Positions 13,022-14,072 of a DNA stretch of 14,072 bases are shown piece by piece. The notes beneath the pieces are model-generated. The model had not been told where the DNA came from. It saw only the letters and a program-made list of their open reading frames with translations, and did not search any database. The DNA comes from an uncultured virus (IMG/VR IMGVR_UViG_3300012012_002042) (taxonomy: Duplodnaviria > Heunggongvirae > Uroviricota > Caudoviricetes): IMG/VR virus record IMGVR_UViG_3300012012_002042, one strand, 5' to 3'. How positions within the stretch are numbered: the stretch's first letter is position 1; each line of letters starts with the position of its first letter. The translations under genes were made by a program, and so were the position numbers.

Positions 13022-14072
13022 AGCATCCGAATAATTTCAGGAAGACTCCCTACGACGGACTGATTATCGACAACTTCGCCGGCGGCGGCGGAACCTCGAC
13101 GGGAATTTACATGGCGCTCGGACGGCATGTGGACTTCGCCATCAACCACGATGAGCACGCCCTGATCATGCACAAGGCGAACCACCCGGAGACGCATCAC
13201 ATCTGCGAGGACGTGTTCGACGTGAACCCGGTGGAATTGTGCCAGGGACAACAGGTGGATCTCGCCACCTTCTCGCCTGATTGCACTCACTTCTCAAAAG
13301 CACGAGGAGGGAAGCCTGTGGAAAAGCGAATCCGCGGTCTCTCTTGGGTTGTTGTGAAATGGGCAGCCACCGTAAGGCCTCGTGTGATGATCATGGAGAA
13401 CGTGGAGGAGATCACTACCTGGGGGCCGTTGAAAAACGGACAGCCGGATCCAAAACATGAAGGGCGCACATGGAAAGCCTTTATTGCCTGCCTCACCACA
13501 GGTCTGCCTGCGAACCACCCGGACATGCCGGAGGTAAGAAAAGCGATCGGTCTTGGCATCCCTTTATCCCGACTCACGCAGGGTCTGGGATATAATGTGG
13601 AGCACAGGGAATTGATCGCCTACGAATATGGCGCACCGACCACCCGTAAACGATTGAAGCTGATTGCCCGAGCTGACGGGAATCCAATCGTCTGGCCCGA
13701 GCCCACGCACGGGAAGCCCGATGCTCCGATGGTGAAGGCTGGATTGAAGAAATTATGGCGAATGGCCTGGGAGTGCATCGACTTCTCAATTCCGATTCCG
13801 TCGATATTCACGCGCGGAAAACGTCTCGCCGACAATTCTCTCAAACGGATTGCACGCGGGCTGTGGAAATTCGTGCTCGCCTGTGCAAAACCGTTTATCG
13901 TGCCGGAGTCCAATATCTCTCCGATGATCCAGCACATCCAGCACGGCTCGGCCGTCACAGGATGCATGCCGCCAGATGGACCGCTGAATACCATCACAGC
14001 ACATCCCAAGGGTGGAGGTATGGCGGTCACCGCGGCGCATCTGCTGAAGATTCGCAGCGGGAGCATTGGCAC
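13018..14072 (+). CDS. DNA (cytosine-5)-methyltransferase, phage/mobile-element type (partial, runs off window)
   Basis: Manual translation from ATG 13018 has no stop before the window end. Motif I DNFAGGGG, AINHD, motif IV FSPDCTHFS, motif VI MENVEE, motif VIII YGAPTTRKRL, then WPEPTH and PLNTITA. It is missing from the ORF track because it has no stop. Confidence 0.95.
   Translation, partial: MKHPNNFRKTPYDGLIIDNFAGGGGTSTGIYMALGRHVDFAINHDEHALIMHKANHPETHHICEDVFDVNPVELCQGQQVDLATFSPDCTHFSKARGGKPVEKRIRGLSWVVVKWAATVRPRVMIMENVEEITTWGPLKNGQPDPKHEGRTWKAFIACLTTGLPANHPDMPEVRKAIGLGIPLSRLTQGLGYNVEHRELIAYEYGAPTTRKRLKLIARADGNPIVWPEPTHGKPDAPMVKAGLKKLWRMAWECIDFSIPIPSIFTRGKRLADNSLKRIARGLWKFVLACAKPFIVPESNISPMIQHIQHGSAVTGCMPPDGPLNTITAHPKGGGMAVTAAHLLKIRSGSIG

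Noticed and set aside
12976..14072. Five minus-strand ORFs in the track at the right end
   Set aside because: They are antisense shadows of the C5 methyltransferase, which occupies this whole interval on the + strand.
1..14072. Alternative genetic code (stop-codon recoding) as the cause of the many short ORFs
   Set aside because: Stops coincide with next-gene starts in different frames, and the long genes (ATPase, MTase) are uninterrupted under code 11.
1..14072. tRNA, rRNA, terminators, IS ends or att sites
   Set aside because: I saw no cloverleaf, hairpin plus U-tract, terminal inverted repeat or recombinase gene, and intergenic space is almost absent. A covariance-model scan was not possible.

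Overview
The window is a single, very densely packed + strand array of about 35 mostly small genes. Eighteen gene junctions are 4-bp ATGA/GTGA stop-start overlaps and there is almost no intergenic DNA. This organisation is typical of the accessory or early region of a large phage, or of a phage-like megaplasmid or ICE. No structural, integrase or replication gene is present to decide between these. Recognisable products are: a 574-aa GHKL (Hsp90/MutL-type) ATPase fused to a C-terminal HEXXH zincin-like metallopeptidase (4094-5818), a SEC-C motif protein, an NrdR-type Zn-ribbon protein without a recognisable ATP-cone, a phage ABA-sandwich-like protein, a candidate minimal Cys-His-Asp papain-fold enzyme, an ERxRQ/HDD phage-family protein, many tiny Zn-finger proteins, and a C5 DNA cytosine methyltransferase that runs off the right end (13018->14072, absent from the ORF track). 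Structural oddities are five tandem 45-bp repeats encoding a His-rich 15-mer, a pair of diverged paralogs flanking a Zn-finger gene, a 23-bp direct repeat at two gene starts 306 bp apart, a probable frameshift near 11990, and a 19-N assembly gap. All family calls come from reading motifs by eye, not from database searches.
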